64,000 nt of DNA from Candidatus Collierbacteria bacterium RIFOXYD2_FULL_45_13 (GCA_001774685.1 MFAS01000001.1:897252-961251); one strand, 5' to 3'; numbered from the stretch's first letter, positions 37,055 to 47,080 are shown. Translations and numbers: made by a program. Notes: generated by a model not told the origin, from the sequence alone.

Positions 37055-37414
37055 ATGCTTAAGAAAACGCTATTAATCGTTGCACTGGTACTTATTGCCT
37101 TGATGGGGTATAGCCTCTTCGCTACCTCTTCATTCGGCGCCATCATAATGGTTGTGATATTCGCCTTTATAGCCTTCGTCATCTACAACGAATTTGTTAC
37201 CAGAGAAGCCAGTCAAGAAGAACAAGAGCGCTACTGGGAAATAGTTCAGAGTATGACGGACGTCGGCATAAGCCGCAAAACTGCAATCAACAATCTTAAC
37301 GAACTAGTCAGAAAAGGTTACTCTCTTCCCAAGATACTCGAAGAGGTAGACAAGTCCATCGCCGCCACACAACAGAAATCCAAACGAGAATTCTTCCGCC
37401 GTTCACCTCGCTGA
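37055..37414 (+). CDS. membrane-anchored hypothetical protein
   Basis: SD GAGGAGAG; terminator 37421..37450. Confidence 0.5.
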   Translation: MLKKTLLIVALVLIALMGYSLFATSSFGAIIMVVIFAFIAFVIYNEFVTREASQEEQERYWEIVQSMTDVGISRKTAINNLNELVRKGYSLPKILEEVDKSIAATQQKSKREFFRRSPR

Positions 37415-37506
37415 AATCAACCCCCGACCAAAAGTCGGGGTTTTGTTTTATCCTAGAGAATGAGATAAAATACCGCAGAACAAAAATCGTACCTTAAGGA
37501 GACACC

Positions 37507-37836
37507 ATGCCCGTATTGACTCTCAAACCATTATCCTGCAAAGTTCAGGATTTTATTAATGCCTGGAAAGCGGCCAACGGTTCGGGTCTATTTCCAATTC
37601 ACCCGCAAACAGGTAAACGTATTTCAGACATTCTGCCGGACATTCCCAATATCGGTTTGTCAGCCAAGAAGACTCCGGAACACCGTGAAATGGGATTCAT
37701 CGGCTCACCTGATGATGAAACCCCCAACGACCAAGAGGCTACGTATGAGATTCAGGCTCTGTTGAATCTGAAAGTCGATCCGGAAAAACTCCCACCGGAA
37801 CTGAAAGAAATAAGTGGACCCTTTTGGCTTTTATAG
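37507..37836 (+). CDS. hypothetical protein
   Basis: SD AAGGAGA. Confidence 0.5.
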   Translation: MPVLTLKPLSCKVQDFINAWKAANGSGLFPIHPQTGKRISDILPDIPNIGLSAKKTPEHREMGFIGSPDDETPNDQEATYEIQALLNLKVDPEKLPPELKEISGPFWLL

Positions 37837-38036
37837 AGCTGATTGAAAGCAGTCTCTTGTCAGAAATCGAAACCCTTGCCGGCGCACTTTCCAAAGAACT
37901 CGGTGTCGACATCGTCATCCTCCCCGCTCAACTCCGAGACGAGGATACACAACACCTCGAGGCTCGCCCAGTAAACACCCAATTCCCGAGTGTTATGATG
38001 TGTCCTATCATCAAACCGGTTAAGAAAGAAATTTAG
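37824..38036 (+). CDS. hypothetical small protein
   Basis: Overlaps the previous stop by 13 nt; terminator 38043..38068. Confidence 0.35.
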   Translation: MAFIELIESSLLSEIETLAGALSKELGVDIVILPAQLRDEDTQHLEARPVNTQFPSVMMCPIIKPVKKEI

Positions 38037-38114
38037 TCCTTCCCCCCGCACTCTAGCGGGGTTTTTTTGGCCTCAATCACCCGAAAATCAGTATGTGTAC
38101 AATAGGAATCAATT

Positions 38115-39122
38115 GTGAAAACCAGAATCGTCACCATAGGCGGAGGCACCGGTGCCCCGGTCATAATCCAAGCCCTGCTCCAGGCGGGTTTCACCGATCT
38201 TTCCTGTATTTGCGCCAGTATGGACTCCGGTGGCAAGACCGGCATTATCCGCTCGGACGAACGTGATCAGGTTATCGCCATTTCCGATCTTCTCCGCAAT
38301 CTTCTTGCACTTATCACCTCAGCCAATCATAAGAAGAACATCTCGGCCTTCACCGATATGGTTTCTTTTGTCGACGGCCGCCAAAGAAATCTGGGTTACA
38401 CCATCTACTACGCCCTGCTCGAAAAATATCAAAATAATTTTCTGCGGGTTCAGGAACACTTGGAAGAACTTTTGGGTATCAGGTTCGGTGGCACCGCCAT
38501 CCCCATTACCACCGACTCCAGCAATCTTTACTTCAAGACTAAAGCCGGCCAAATTTTCCGCGGCGAGCACGAGCTGGATAAACAGTCTATGTCCAAAAAC
38601 ACCATCACCAAACTCTGGCTCGACCCCAAAGTCCAAGCCTCCCCGGAGGCTATTAGGGCTATCAAGACCGCCAAATATATTATCTACTGCCCAGGAAGTC
38701 TCTATGGCTCAATTCTCTCAAACTTTCTCCCCGATGGCATCAAAAAGGCTCTCAAAGCCTCAAAAGCCAAGAAAATCCTCATCACCAATCTGGTGAGCAA
38801 CCGCAATCAAACTCATCACTTCACTCCCAGAAAATATCTCCATATTTTTCAAAAATACACCGGCCTCAAAAAGCCATTTAATATCCTTTTGGCTCCGAAA
38901 CAATCCAAGATGCGTTTCAACCGGCTACACCCCAAGATTGCCGCTTCATACGCCTGTGAACATTCTCATTTTCTCGGCTGGTCATCCAAAAAATTAAGGG
39001 GTCTTAGCCGACACCACATCAAAGTGGTAACTTCCAATACTATCTCCATCACACCACAGCTCAATCGCCTCCGTCACGACCCGACGAAACTCGCCAAAAT
39101 TCTCAAAAAAATCATCAAATAA
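38115..39122 (+). CDS. CofD/YvcK (UPF0052, gluconeogenesis-factor) family protein
   Basis: IVTIGGGTG N-terminal motif and a DSGGKTGIIRSDE loop equivalent to DDGGSSGRLR. Confidence 0.6.
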   Translation: MKTRIVTIGGGTGAPVIIQALLQAGFTDLSCICASMDSGGKTGIIRSDERDQVIAISDLLRNLLALITSANHKKNISAFTDMVSFVDGRQRNLGYTIYYALLEKYQNNFLRVQEHLEELLGIRFGGTAIPITTDSSNLYFKTKAGQIFRGEHELDKQSMSKNTITKLWLDPKVQASPEAIRAIKTAKYIIYCPGSLYGSILSNFLPDGIKKALKASKAKKILITNLVSNRNQTHHFTPRKYLHIFQKYTGLKKPFNILLAPKQSKMRFNRLHPKIAASYACEHSHFLGWSSKKLRGLSRHHIKVVTSNTISITPQLNRLRHDPTKLAKILKKIIK

Positions 39123-39150
39123 AAGCCCCCTATCACTAGAGGGCCGGTTC

Positions 39151-39408
39151 TTACTTGAGCAATCTGCCGGAAACTGAGTCGTATTCCCTTGCCCTCAAAA
39201 TTTCCACCCCTGAGGGGATCTCCTCTTCAGGAACCGAGGTAAACTTGGTGGGATAATCAGACACCAATTTATAAACCCTACCGTCAGGCAAACGAACGTA
39301 ATCACCTTCAGCCAAATGCCTTGAATCAGGCACTACTGCTGGGTCGGTCGTAAAATAATTCGGTATTCCGGCAATTCCAAAAATAACCGTCATTGTAAAG
39401 ACCTCCAT
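39151..39408 (-). CDS. hypothetical small protein
   Basis: 85-aa ORF. Confidence 0.4.
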   Translation of the reverse strand: MEVFTMTVIFGIAGIPNYFTTDPAVVPDSRHLAEGDYVRLPDGRVYKLVSDYPTKFTSVPEEEIPSGVEILRAREYDSVSGRLLK

Positions 39409-39949
39409 CGGTTTTGTTAGAGTTCCATCAAGTGATTTTACACCAAAAACAAGACCATTCTTCCGGCTAGATAAAAATACACTAACCGTCTAACAGCTTC
39501 CAAAAAAACAAATCCGTTTCACTTCATGCCTTCCAAGAACAAAGCCTGCCAAAATCCACATTTTTGACGAAAGGTCCTTCAAAAGCACTTCGTGCTCAGT
39601 TTCCCCTACTCAAATCTGCCCCTGCTCCACTTTGACATCCTTCGAAAGTGGGCCTTCGTTAGAGATATGGTCCGTTTTGATGAGAAGGTCACGTAGAACG
39701 GACAAATGGTCTATCCCTGACAGCAATCATCGGTACATCAGCCAAGCATAGCTTGGCACTAGGGCTGGCAGGATTGGGGTCTTTCCCCGTTAATACAAAA
39801 TTGGGTGAACTGGTCACGACTCACGACTTTTGATCAGATATCTGACACTACGCTCCCCTTAAGCGGAGCTTGTGGAGGAAAAACCTCCCAAGTCCTGACA
39901 CAGCTTCTAGGGCCATATTCATTTAATACTTTTTTCACAACCAAGTCAA

Positions 39950-39985
39950 ATTACAAAAAGCCCCGGCGCAAGCCGGGGCAAATCA
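39950..39985 (-). terminator. rho-independent terminator (gccccggcgcaagccggggc)
   Basis: Perfect 8-bp GC stem followed by a T-run on the minus strand. Confidence 0.55.
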
Positions 39986-40369
39986 CTACTCCATTCCCAG
40001 CACTCCGGGAGGCGGGATTCGAAAACTTTCCAAGTTTCCCTGTCCAAATCCAATGCAAACACTTCCCTCCGGAAACTTCTCCCAGGCCGGGTCGATACGC
40101 ACAGGGAGCTGGTAATCAGACGCACCAACTACCACCACCCCCGCTCTTTCGATATAAAGATCCCTCAGGTGGAGAATCAACACCTGCCCGTGGGCGTCTG
40201 CGGGTAATTCTGTCCATAACTCTTCGCCGATTACTGTCAGAACATCTCTGACGGTAATGCAAGCATTTAGTGGATCCATGCCCAAACTGTTCCAGATGTG
40301 CACATTGGTCAGCATCAAGGACATGGTCAAATTATCCGACAACATAATACTTCTCGTCAGATGGAACAC
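39986..40369 (-). CDS. short dCTP-deaminase/dUTPase-like protein (weak, divergent)
   Basis: MLSD N-terminus and PVRIDPAWEK, reminiscent of the dCD/dUTPase motif-3 RIDPGW; at 127 aa it is shorter than canonical members. Confidence 0.3.
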   Translation of the reverse strand: MFHLTRSIMLSDNLTMSLMLTNVHIWNSLGMDPLNACITVRDVLTVIGEELWTELPADAHGQVLILHLRDLYIERAGVVVVGASDYQLPVRIDPAWEKFPEGSVCIGFGQGNLESFRIPPPGVLGME

Positions 40370-40484
40370 TTTTCACCTCGTCTAACCAAGATTAACGTAC
40401 CCCATAATTGTACCACTGCTCCCAGCCAACTTCCATCCTAGACAATCCATGCACAAAAGATTACAAGCGTGATAAAATAACTCG

Positions 40485-40670
40485 ATGTCTCGACCACTTG
40501 AATTTTTACGCTCGGTCAAGCTGGAGCTTGCCCAAGTAAAATGGCCCTCTCACAAAGAGGCCATGAAGATGACTGTGTTGGTAATTGTCACTACCATCAT
40601 TGTCGCTCTCTATTCCGGTGGACTAGACTATATCTTTACCGCTGCCTTACAAACAGTACTTAAACGTTAA
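40485..40670 (+). CDS. secE: preprotein translocase subunit SecE
   Basis: 61 aa; LELAQVKWPSHKEAMKMTVLVIVTTII single-TM SecE signature; immediately upstream of nusG. Confidence 0.85.
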   Translation: MSRPLEFLRSVKLELAQVKWPSHKEAMKMTVLVIVTTIIVALYSGGLDYIFTAALQTVLKR

Positions 40671-40676
40671 AACAAA

Positions 40677-41297
40677 ATGAAGCTAAAAGAAGCCAAAGTA
40701 CCAGCCATCGATTCTAACGCCGCTCTCAAGGTGGCCGATCCGAATCATATCATCATCACTCCGGAAGTCCCCGACTCCGCTAGGTGGTACGTCGTTCACA
40801 CCCAGTCCGGTCACGAAAATCGCGTTGCTATTACCCTGAAAACCAGAGTCGAATCGATGGGGTTGACCAACAATATCTATGAAATTCTTATCCCCACTCA
40901 GGAGAAAATCAAAATCAATAAAGGCAAAAAGATTACCATCAAAGAGAAACTTTTCCCCGGCTATATCTTGGTCCGCATGATCGTCACCGATGATGCTTGG
41001 CTCGCTGTTCGTACCACCCAAGGAGTTACCGGCTTTGTCGGCACCGCTGATCAGCCCACCCCTCTTCCGGAAAACGAAGTCAAAGCCATCACCGCCTTCG
41101 GCGAACAGGCCGCACCTAAGTTCCAATCTGCCTATACTATTTCCGAAGCAGTCAGAATCATCGAGGGACCATTCACCGACCTTTTGGGGACCATCTCCGC
41201 GATCGACGAGGCCAAAGGCAAGGTCATCGTCCTTGTCTCCATCTTCGGCCGCGAAACTCCAGTGGAATTGGATTTCTTACAGGTATCAAAGATTTAA
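40677..41297 (+). CDS. nusG: transcription termination/antitermination factor NusG
   Basis: NGN domain WYVVHTQSGHENRV and a C-terminal KOW domain. Confidence 0.9.
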   Translation: MKLKEAKVPAIDSNAALKVADPNHIIITPEVPDSARWYVVHTQSGHENRVAITLKTRVESMGLTNNIYEILIPTQEKIKINKGKKITIKEKLFPGYILVRMIVTDDAWLAVRTTQGVTGFVGTADQPTPLPENEVKAITAFGEQAAPKFQSAYTISEAVRIIEGPFTDLLGTISAIDEAKGKVIVLVSIFGRETPVELDFLQVSKI

Positions 41298-41408
41298 TTC
41301 TGTAGGGGCGATTCGTGAATCGCCCGTTCCCCTAGACAAAGTTGCAGTCCCATAGTTATTGATGGTATAATACCCCAGATCGCAACCTTTGACATTCTCG
41401 GAGGAAAA

Positions 41409-41672
41409 ATGGTATCAGAATTAGCATTGTTGATCGCTGTCCTGTATTTCTTAGTTCTTGTTCTTTCCAGCTACATCATCGCGAAATCCAACGATAGCAC
41501 CACCAAATCATTCGGCATGTTCTTGGGTTTTGTTGTCAACATTGCCTACGGCTTCACCATGGGTGTACTGGGTATCATCTTTCTCGCGCCAATCATCAAT
41601 ATTCTCTGGCTCCTCATTCCAGCTATCGCCGGTAACGTAATTGGCTATATGTTGGGACGTCTCGATAGATAA
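41409..41672 (+). CDS. small membrane protein
   Basis: SD GGAGG; terminator 41708..41733. Confidence 0.5.
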   Translation: MVSELALLIAVLYFLVLVLSSYIIAKSNDSTTKSFGMFLGFVVNIAYGFTMGVLGIIFLAPIINILWLLIPAIAGNVIGYMLGRLDR

Positions 41673-41776
41673 ATACCAGAACAATTAACTTTCACTTCAT
41701 CTCGACAATCCCGCTGCAAAGCGGGATTTTTTGCCACAAAAAAGAGGGGGTACTTCCCCCTCTCAAACATTACCTG

Positions 41777-42010
41777 CTACTTGTGACGTGCATAGGCCAG
41801 GAAACAAATAGCGAAGGCCAGCAAACTAATCGAGGCGGCCAAGAATTGCGCAGTGAAATACAAGTAGGCAATCAGCCAAGCCGCAGCAACCACCAGTGCA
41901 TACGGAGCAAACAACAGGAGCGTTGCAATCCAAACACCGCCAACAAGCCGAGTGATTATGATTGCGTGATGAAGGCGGACCAGTAACCAGTTTATTACAG
42001 GTTTATCCAT
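41777..42010 (-). CDS. small membrane protein
   Basis: SD AAGGAGG before the internal ATG (MDKPVINW...); terminator hairpin agagggggtacttccccctct. Confidence 0.45.
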   Translation of the reverse strand: MDKPVINWLLVRLHHAIIITRLVGGVWIATLLLFAPYALVVAAAWLIAYLYFTAQFLAASISLLAFAICFLAYARHK

Positions 42011-42021
42011 TGTTCCTCCTT

Positions 42022-42243
42022 CTAGCTTTGGCGCACCAACCACTTCCAGATCAGATTGGTCACGATGATCAAGCCACCGGCGACTACAACGGTGATGATC
42101 CATTCCGTATGTGCGGTGAAAAACAGCACTCCGACCAAGATCGGTACAGCCACAAGCGACACCTTTGCCAGCAGGTTGTAGCCACGAGCGAGCCAGTACA
42201 CAAGGTTCCAGTAGATCCTTGAAGGCAATCGATTATCAGCCAT
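42022..42243 (-). CDS. small membrane protein
   Basis: SD GAGGAG. Confidence 0.45.
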   Translation of the reverse strand: MADNRLPSRIYWNLVYWLARGYNLLAKVSLVAVPILVGVLFFTAHTEWIITVVVAGGLIIVTNLIWKWLVRQS

Positions 42244-42388
42244 GGTATCTCCTCTTTTTACAGTTTTTCAGGTACGAACAAAACATTCTAACGCCCTATA
42301 ATACCACAAACACGCTCAAAAGTCAAGCTGCCAGACACGCATCCAGGTACAAAAAAGAGGGGGTACTTCCCCCTCTGAGCGAACGACT

Positions 42389-42550
42389 TTACCGGTGAAA
42401 AACAAAATAGAAGAAAATCGCCACAAACGCCACAAACAAGATAAAGGCGAGCACAAAACTGATCATCCCGGCGAAGTGGAGCCACAAAATAACGGCACTT
42501 ACCATTGCGGGGATGACAAAGAATACAGAGATTGCTTTTAATCCAGCCAT
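42389..42550 (-). CDS. small membrane protein (53 aa)
   Basis: SD GGAGAAACA before MAGLKAIS; the same terminator hairpin as at 41745 is repeated at 42357..42377. Confidence 0.4.
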   Translation of the reverse strand: MAGLKAISVFFVIPAMVSAVILWLHFAGMISFVLAFILFVAFVAIFFYFVFHR

Positions 42551-42981
42551 TGTTTCTCCGGAAAGAGCATTTTCATACCAGATTCCGCAATTTCCACATC
42601 CTGATCCTCGGTTCCTCCGGAAAAGCCAACATATACGCAATAGTCTCCTTCCTGGCGAAGCAGGCCACCACGATACGCGGACTCGCCTTTCCTTAGACTG
42701 CCCGGAAGGTGCCCACTCCGATAACCTGTCCCCATCATCACTGCCAGTTTTTCCATAGCGATACCAAAGTGGTTGGTACCCAAGTCACCTTCGCCGCGAG
42801 AATCGCGCTGAAAACGACCCTCGACAATGGCAAATTGCAAATTCCGAATATTGGTTCTGGCCTCCTGGACCGAAATGAAGGCCACTCCGTGTTCGATCCC
42901 CATTCTCTTGGCTATGGAGATCATCGCCGTCAAAGCCCCGATCTGGATATACTCATTCGCAAACAGCTTGTTGTTATCCAT
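42538..42981 (-). CDS. GlcG/DUF336-family (heme-binding-like) protein
   Basis: VGFSGGTEDQDVEIAESG resembles the GlcG GVSGG...QDE motif. Confidence 0.45.
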   Translation of the reverse strand: MDNNKLFANEYIQIGALTAMISIAKRMGIEHGVAFISVQEARTNIRNLQFAIVEGRFQRDSRGEGDLGTNHFGIAMEKLAVMMGTGYRSGHLPGSLRKGESAYRGGLLRQEGDYCVYVGFSGGTEDQDVEIAESGMKMLFPEKQWLD

Positions 42982-43080
42982 TCCAACCATCCTCCAAAAA
43001 ATTTTTTAAAGATCAGGACGTATTTTACATCAAACTTGACGGCCGTCCCCATTTCTGCCATATTTAAATCACACCTAGTT

Positions 43081-43437
43081 ATGAAAAACCTTAGCGGTCA
43101 AGAATCACTTTGGGTCGCTTTCCCCATCCTTGTTGTCATCCTCATTCTCATTGCCGGGCTAATCTTTCTGCCTCGTGTCCAAACCGAGATCCGTAGCAAA
43201 GCTTCCGAGCCCACTCCCTCAGTAATAATTACCCCAAGGAGACTCACACCCGCACCGGCTCCTGAAATTGTCTGCAGTGCTCTCTATAGCCCAGTTTGCG
43301 GCGCCAACGGCGTTACCTACCCCAACTCCTGTGAGGCCAATCTGGCCGGAATCACGAACTATTTGGAAGGAAAGTGTGTGAAACCAACCACCACCAAAAC
43401 CCCTGCTCTTCAGTACAATCTACCCACCACCAATTAG
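43081..43437 (+). CDS. secreted or membrane-anchored Kazal-type serine protease inhibitor domain protein
   Basis: N-terminal TM or signal anchor, then CSALYSPVCGANGVTYPNSCEANLAGITNYLEGKC (PVCG-x-NG-x-TY-x-N-x-C Kazal core). Confidence 0.55.
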   Translation: MKNLSGQESLWVAFPILVVILILIAGLIFLPRVQTEIRSKASEPTPSVIITPRRLTPAPAPEIVCSALYSPVCGANGVTYPNSCEANLAGITNYLEGKCVKPTTTKTPALQYNLPTTN

Positions 43438-43745
43438 CTAGACAAATCCCTTAGATTGATACCGTCCGGAAAAATCATTTTCCTAATTTCTTCGTCGTTT
43501 ATATCACCTGGATTAAATACGTAGTAGACATCTCTACCTCCTCGAACATATGTCCTGGCCTCACCGTTTGCCACAAACGAGTCCCCAAGCACCGTAAGTA
43601 AACCAGTATACAAATTGACCAATACTCCACCTTCTTTAACACACAGATAAAAACTGCCCTTCGGAACCATGTCGTAAGTCGAAACCATCACTCGCCCCAA
43701 ACTCCATTTTTTTTCCAACTTCTCGTTTTCCCTACCCATACCCAC
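43434..43745 (-). CDS. hypothetical protein
   Basis: 103-aa ORF. Confidence 0.4.
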   Translation of the reverse strand: MGMGRENEKLEKKWSLGRVMVSTYDMVPKGSFYLCVKEGGVLVNLYTGLLTVLGDSFVANGEARTYVRGGRDVYYVFNPGDINDEEIRKMIFPDGINLRDLSS

Positions 43746-43813
43746 AATTTAGCATATTTCATCGAACCGGGTGTAAAATACTATATCGAGTAAAGTAATT
43801 TAACATTAAGGAG

Positions 43814-44272
43814 GTGGCCATGTCTGACCAGTTCATGTCCTATCAAGGATATTCCGGCCCATGCACTTTCAAAGTTCAAGGACCAAACTCATTATTTTAT
43901 AAGGGTGTGGCGAATAACAATGCGCAAGTATTTACAGTACCGGGCGTAGGAACAGTTTCCATCTACGATTTTCGCCCAAACACCATCCGCGCAGTCTCAA
44001 CGGCCGTGCTGACCGGGGATTTTGGTCCGGTAATCAAGGCCTTCAAACAAACCGCTTCGGTAACTGTCAGCCAGGAAGCCGGACATTTCTACATTGAAGT
44101 TGAACCCATCAACTCCTGGTTCCTTAGATTTCTGGCTTGGTTAGGCAGCAAGAAAACCATCTGGATCTCTACCAACGTCGGTCAGAGCCTACCCATAAAG
44201 AGTTATCTTTTTTGCGAGCACTTCCGAGCTCGTGGCCACCGGTTTTCGGTTTTTAGTCTCTACACCCGATAA
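43814..44272 (+). CDS. hypothetical protein
   Basis: SD AAGGAGG. Confidence 0.5.
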   Translation: MAMSDQFMSYQGYSGPCTFKVQGPNSLFYKGVANNNAQVFTVPGVGTVSIYDFRPNTIRAVSTAVLTGDFGPVIKAFKQTASVTVSQEAGHFYIEVEPINSWFLRFLAWLGSKKTIWISTNVGQSLPIKSYLFCEHFRARGHRFSVFSLYTR

Positions 44273-44286
44273 AGGATGGGTTCTCA

Positions 44287-44627
44287 TGGAACTACAAAAA
44301 TGTAGGGCTGTAATTGGCGTCTATCGCACCAATCACCCCAATTGGCATCAGGCACAGACTGACTACGCCATTTCAACGCTCGGACTGTCACTAGACGAGT
44401 ATATTGGGTCGGTAATTCTAATGAATTACTATTTTCAGAGTATGGGAATAATTTCCGACTTTGTCGTCAAGGTAGCGGGTAGACTCGAGAAGCCACCCAA
44501 GCTCAATAAAGCCAACTTCTACAAGGCGGTGGAGATAGCTTCGAAAATAGCAGCGCTAGGAATGAACTCAGAGGCGGATTTAACGTCCGCAATTCATAAA
44601 TTCAAAGAAGTCATGCGCCTCGAATAG
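44287..44627 (+). CDS. hypothetical protein
   Basis: Terminator 44639..44663. Confidence 0.45.
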
Positions 44628-44736
44628 ACCTCAAACTTCTCGCCGTAAGGCGGGAATTTTTGTACGCGTAGTTTGACTTCCACGCACAATTGTAGTACAC
44701 TACAGGACATCTGCTCACTTTCACAAAGGAGACAAC

Positions 44737-45111
44737 ATGCTTCGCAAATTGATTCTTTTTTTCATTCGCTGGCTCGCTCGTTACAATAATGAGATTATCC
44801 TCGAGAACAAACATCGAGGCATTATGATCGTCAAGCTCGACCGCTTAATTTTCGATGTTGACAGCGCATTCAAGGCAGGAAAAATTGGCCGTATTGTGCA
44901 CGAATTGTTGACCGAAAAGGGTCTTACCCCGGCCACCGAAGTCTACTATGCGTCCAGGCGGGCGAGCGATATCGGCCAGCTCAACCAATTTGACTGTGTC
45001 GAAATCATGTTTGCCACGGATCTTGAAGCTGCCCAAAAAGACCCCGAATATCACTTCCTGGTCATGAACGCCCCAGCTGCCTTCATCCAGCCCATCACCA
45101 CTCCAAAATAA
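44737..45111 (+). CDS. hypothetical protein
   Basis: SD AAAGGAGA; terminator 45129..45154. Confidence 0.5.
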   Translation: MLRKLILFFIRWLARYNNEIILENKHRGIMIVKLDRLIFDVDSAFKAGKIGRIVHELLTEKGLTPATEVYYASRRASDIGQLNQFDCVEIMFATDLEAAQKDPEYHFLVMNAPAAFIQPITTPK

Positions 45112-45347
45112 CCACCTCTTCCTCCAACTCTCCCCTTGCCGCGTTCCCACGCGGCATTTTTTGTGCTAAAATCTCTCTACCTCGTCATTGATGAGGGAGC
45201 TACTCGAAAAGAGTCCGCGAACTAAGTCAAACCACTGATTTCTATATCGTCGCCACCCGGCCGACTTATTCAAAACCCCTTTTCGCGTCAGCCACATAAT
45301 ACATGCAAATGTAAAATGTAAAATTATAAATATAAAATATTTTTCTT

Positions 45348-45773
45348 ATGGCCAAAAAAGTCAAAGCCATCCTGAAGCTCAACCTTCCCGGTGGTACCGC
45401 CAATCCCGCTCCTCCTGTAGGTCCAGCACTAGGTCAGCACGGTGTCAATATCATGGAGTTCATCCAGCAATACAACGCCAAGACAGCCGACATGAAAGGT
45501 CAGGTCATCCCCGCCCTCGTCACCATTTACGAAGATCGTTCCTTCAAGTTCGAGCTCAAGACCCCTCCGGTTTCCGCCCTCATCAAACAAGTTTTAAACC
45601 TTAAGCTTGGTTCCGGCGAACCAAACAAAAAGAAAGTTGGCACCATTACCAAGGACCAAATTCGAGCTATTGCCGAGAAAAAAATGGCCGACATGAACAC
45701 GAGCAACGTGGAATCCGCCATCAAAATGATTGAAGGCACATGCAAGTCCATGGGTATAACAATTGCCGAATAA
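45348..45773 (+). CDS. rplK: 50S ribosomal protein L11
   Basis: [38 protein letters not shown]... Confidence 0.92.
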   Translation: MAKKVKAILKLNLPGGTANPAPPVGPALGQHGVNIMEFIQQYNAKTADMKGQVIPALVTIYEDRSFKFELKTPPVSALIKQVLNLKLGSGEPNKKKVGTITKDQIRAIAEKKMADMNTSNVESAIKMIEGTCKSMGITIAE

Positions 45774-45778
45774 CTACT

Positions 45779-46648
45779 ATGACAAAAATAAACTGGAAAG
45801 AACTCTACTCCGATCTCCCCACCCACGTTGCCGAAGCGCTTCGCGAGGCTCGTTTGAAGCCCGAACAGATCATTGCCAAAGAAGACGGTGAACTCATGGC
45901 TATCAATGGCATCACCGAAAAAGATGTCGAGTCTATTCGCCTTCTCTACAATGCGGAGACTGTCAAAGTTGATGCGGTCACCGCTTCACCCACCGTCCCT
46001 GGCGAAGTCGAAGCTACCGAAGAAGTCAAACCCAAGAAGGTCATTGCTCCCAAAAAGCATGGTAAGAAGTACAAGATGATGGCCAAAGAAATCAAAAAAG
46101 ACGAAATGTACTCCATCGAAGATGCTGTAGCCAAACTTCAAAAACTTTCTCAGAACTCCAAACTTAAAACCGTCGAACTCACGATCAACACCCGCGAAAC
46201 AGGACTGCGCGGAGAACTAAAACTCCCCCACAGCACAGGTAAAGAAGTAAAAATCGCCATTTTCTCGGACCAAGTCGCCAAGGATGTAGAAGCAGGAAAA
46301 ATAAACTTCAGCATACTCCTGGCAACTCCGGCCGACATGCCCAAACTGGCTCGACTGGCAAAAATACTTGGACCCAAAGGTCTCATGCCTAATCCCAAAT
46401 CGGGCACCGTCACCGACAATCCTGAGAAAAGAGCCGCCGACCTCGCCGCCGGAGGAACCTTGCCTTACAAGACAGAGGCCAAGTTCCCCATTATTCATCT
46501 GGCTCTGGGTAAATCTACTCAAGACGCCAAAGATCTGGTCGAAAATATTACCGAAGCCCTCAAGGCTATCGGAGCCACCAGAATCAAAAACGCCTACCTC
46601 TCTTGCACTCACACTCCCAGCATGAAGATCCATCTCGGAGCGCTGTAA
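45779..46648 (+). CDS. rplA: 50S ribosomal protein L1 with about 95-aa N-terminal extension
   Basis: Canonical L1 body starts at KKYKMMAKEIKK...GPKGLMPNPKSGTV; the preceding in-frame segment (INWKELYSDLPTHVAEALREARLKPEQ...) is not part of standard L1. Confidence 0.88.
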   Translation: MTKINWKELYSDLPTHVAEALREARLKPEQIIAKEDGELMAINGITEKDVESIRLLYNAETVKVDAVTASPTVPGEVEATEEVKPKKVIAPKKHGKKYKMMAKEIKKDEMYSIEDAVAKLQKLSQNSKLKTVELTINTRETGLRGELKLPHSTGKEVKIAIFSDQVAKDVEAGKINFSILLATPADMPKLARLAKILGPKGLMPNPKSGTVTDNPEKRAADLAAGGTLPYKTEAKFPIIHLALGKSTQDAKDLVENITEALKAIGATRIKNAYLSCTHTPSMKIHLGAL

Positions 46649-46772
46649 CCCCTCGTCACCACACATACACCAACAAAAAATCCTCCGCATGGAGGATTTT
46701 TTGATGCTAGCAATGCTATAATTCCAACTATAAGACAGAAAGCCGTCAAACTTTAATTTTTCAGGAGGTACT

Positions 46773-47000
46773 ATGCACATTCTTACCGCGACTCTGATTT
46801 TCGGGGTTGTGCTTACTACCACGATCCTTTCGATCAATGCCATGGTAAACGGTAATCCTGCCGCGAAGCATCTTCGATGTCGGTTTGGATTCCATCCTTA
46901 TACCGACGGTGTTGACCGATTCCCCGGGCAGCTTTTCTGTCCTCTTTGCGAACAGACTACGCCGGATGAGGAGCCATATTCTGACGATTATTACGACTAA
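46773..47000 (+). CDS. small TM protein with C-terminal CxxC
   Basis: SD CAGGAGG; terminator 47001..47028 (atcccgtaccaagtacgggat). Confidence 0.45.
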   Translation: MHILTATLIFGVVLTTTILSINAMVNGNPAAKHLRCRFGFHPYTDGVDRFPGQLFCPLCEQTTPDEEPYSDDYYD

Positions 47001-47080
47001 ATCCCGTACCAAGTACGGGATTTTTTGTACTACTCTAACCACAAAAATGGGGTGCCGTAAGGCACCCCAAAAACAGAAAA

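Noticed and set aside
39409-39985. RNase P RNA, tmRNA, SRP RNA or 6S RNA in the long intergenic region
   Set aside because: I checked for P4 (GGAAAGUCCGGGCUCC / ACAGAACCCGGCUUA), SRP domain IV (GGUCCGGAAGGAAGCAGC) and tRNA-like tmRNA ends. Only weak partial matches such as GAAAGGUCC were found. The region is kept only as an unexplained non-coding finding.
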